Source of the DNA: Harriotta raleighana
Lineage: Eukaryota
Direction: 5' to 3'
Assembly (NCBI GenBank): GCA_050575255.1
Contig: JBNZDD010013701.1
Span: 6,364,084-6,428,083 of the forward strand
DNA: 64,000 bases
The position numbers and the translations under genes are program-made. The notes below the pieces were generated by a model, which did not search any database, was not told the origin of the DNA, and saw only the letters and a list, made by a program, of their open reading frames with translations. Shown one piece after another: positions 62,839 through 64,000 of this stretch (its first letter is position 1; every line of letters begins with the position of its first letter).

Positions 62839-64000
62839 CTGAAAGAGACAACAAAATCACCTTTAGGAAATTTGACGGGATAAGGAATTCATACAAATTA
62901 CCTGCTTACTTGGTTCTCTTTGGTTTTCACTTAATTGCATTTTAAAAGAGCAATATTTCACCCCATTTTCTTTCAGTCCCCCTCCCTGCGAACTTGAAAA
63001 TGTTCCCAGATTTGCTCCCCAAACATTTTGAAAGTTATTCTCCTGTCACAATTGGGAGTAGTGTCTAGATATTTTTATTCCTCAGTCTTAAAGTTGATAC
63101 TCTCAAATTAGCTCAGGGCTGAGATAATAAAGCTGGTGAACATGCACTTGTTCACAACAGGCTGGTAGACAGCATATCACACTAGAGCAGTGTTGAAATA
63201 ACTAGTCAAAAATGGAAGTTACAGTATCAGAAAGACTGAAGACTGGTAAATGACTCCAGTGGACAAACTATGGTGCTTAAGAGACAGGGGGGGGGCAGAG
63301 AAAACAACATCTGAAGGTCAGGAGGGAGGCAGGATTGAACAGTGAAAATTAATAAATTTTATGTATTCGATTATCTTTCAAGATCAGAGGGTATTTGTAC
63401 ATAAATTTGCATTGATATTCATACTTTGATTAGTTGGCTGATGTATCCAGAAACCCATCATGCTTACAAATAATCAAACCAATCAGTTTGACATATGTTT
63501 GCCAAGAAATTTCCCTGTGTTGTAATGGATTGTACGCTCTTTCGTTGAGGGATGTTCCATGCTTACCTAATTCTAAAAGTATTAGGAGCAGGACTGGAGA
63601 ACCAAAATTTAGGGAGCCTTGAATGTGTTGGGGGGCATACTCCTTAAGTTCAAACCAGCTAAAACCACATTGCTTGCCATTTAGCACCGCCTGGCAAGCT
63701 TTCCACTCTGTGAAGAAATGCAATGACCTTCCTTTGTTCCATGCCTTCTTATGTAAAGGTATGCTTCCATACTCCCTCAATACAAAACATGTTTCTCTGT
63801 CTTATAAGAAAATAGTCTGTGGACCAATTTCTATTCTTTGGATAGAAATCCCTACCCATAACTACAGAACTGTAAGCAATTCTGCCCATGTATGCTTGGA
63901 ATTATGAAATAGCTCTGTTACAAAATAGACCTGATTTTTTTTGCAAACCCTGTAGATCCACTTAACACAAATCTAGATGTACACCTGCCTTTCCCCCCCC

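Overview
Eukaryotic (vertebrate) genomic DNA. The repeat content (tRNA-headed SINEs with a Deu-like core and L2 tails, CR1, L2, a Penelope remnant) suggests a cartilaginous fish, possibly a chimaera; this is an inference. The window holds three spliced genes whose exons I phased by hand: the last seven coding exons of SACM1L (+, 1147-10878), SNRPD1 exons 2-4 (+, 21451-24639; exon 1 probably lies in the N gap at 14629-14909, just downstream of ZNF143 and PBX/PREP promoter motifs), and SLC6A20 exons 2-11 (-, 62838-32567; exon 1 is outside the window). The standout is an intact, intronless 329-aa glycogenin-1-like ORF (+, 33861-34850) nested antisense in the last SLC6A20 intron. It has lost the first Asp of the DxD motif (MDAD to MAAD) and the autoglucosylated Tyr, but keeps the C-terminal glycogen-synthase-binding tail. 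It is therefore a candidate catalytically dead pseudo-glycogenin retrogene. The rest is SINE, LINE and MITE debris, a 32-bp minisatellite and three N gaps. Comparisons with human proteins are from memory and need confirming by alignment. Most repeat boundaries are approximate.
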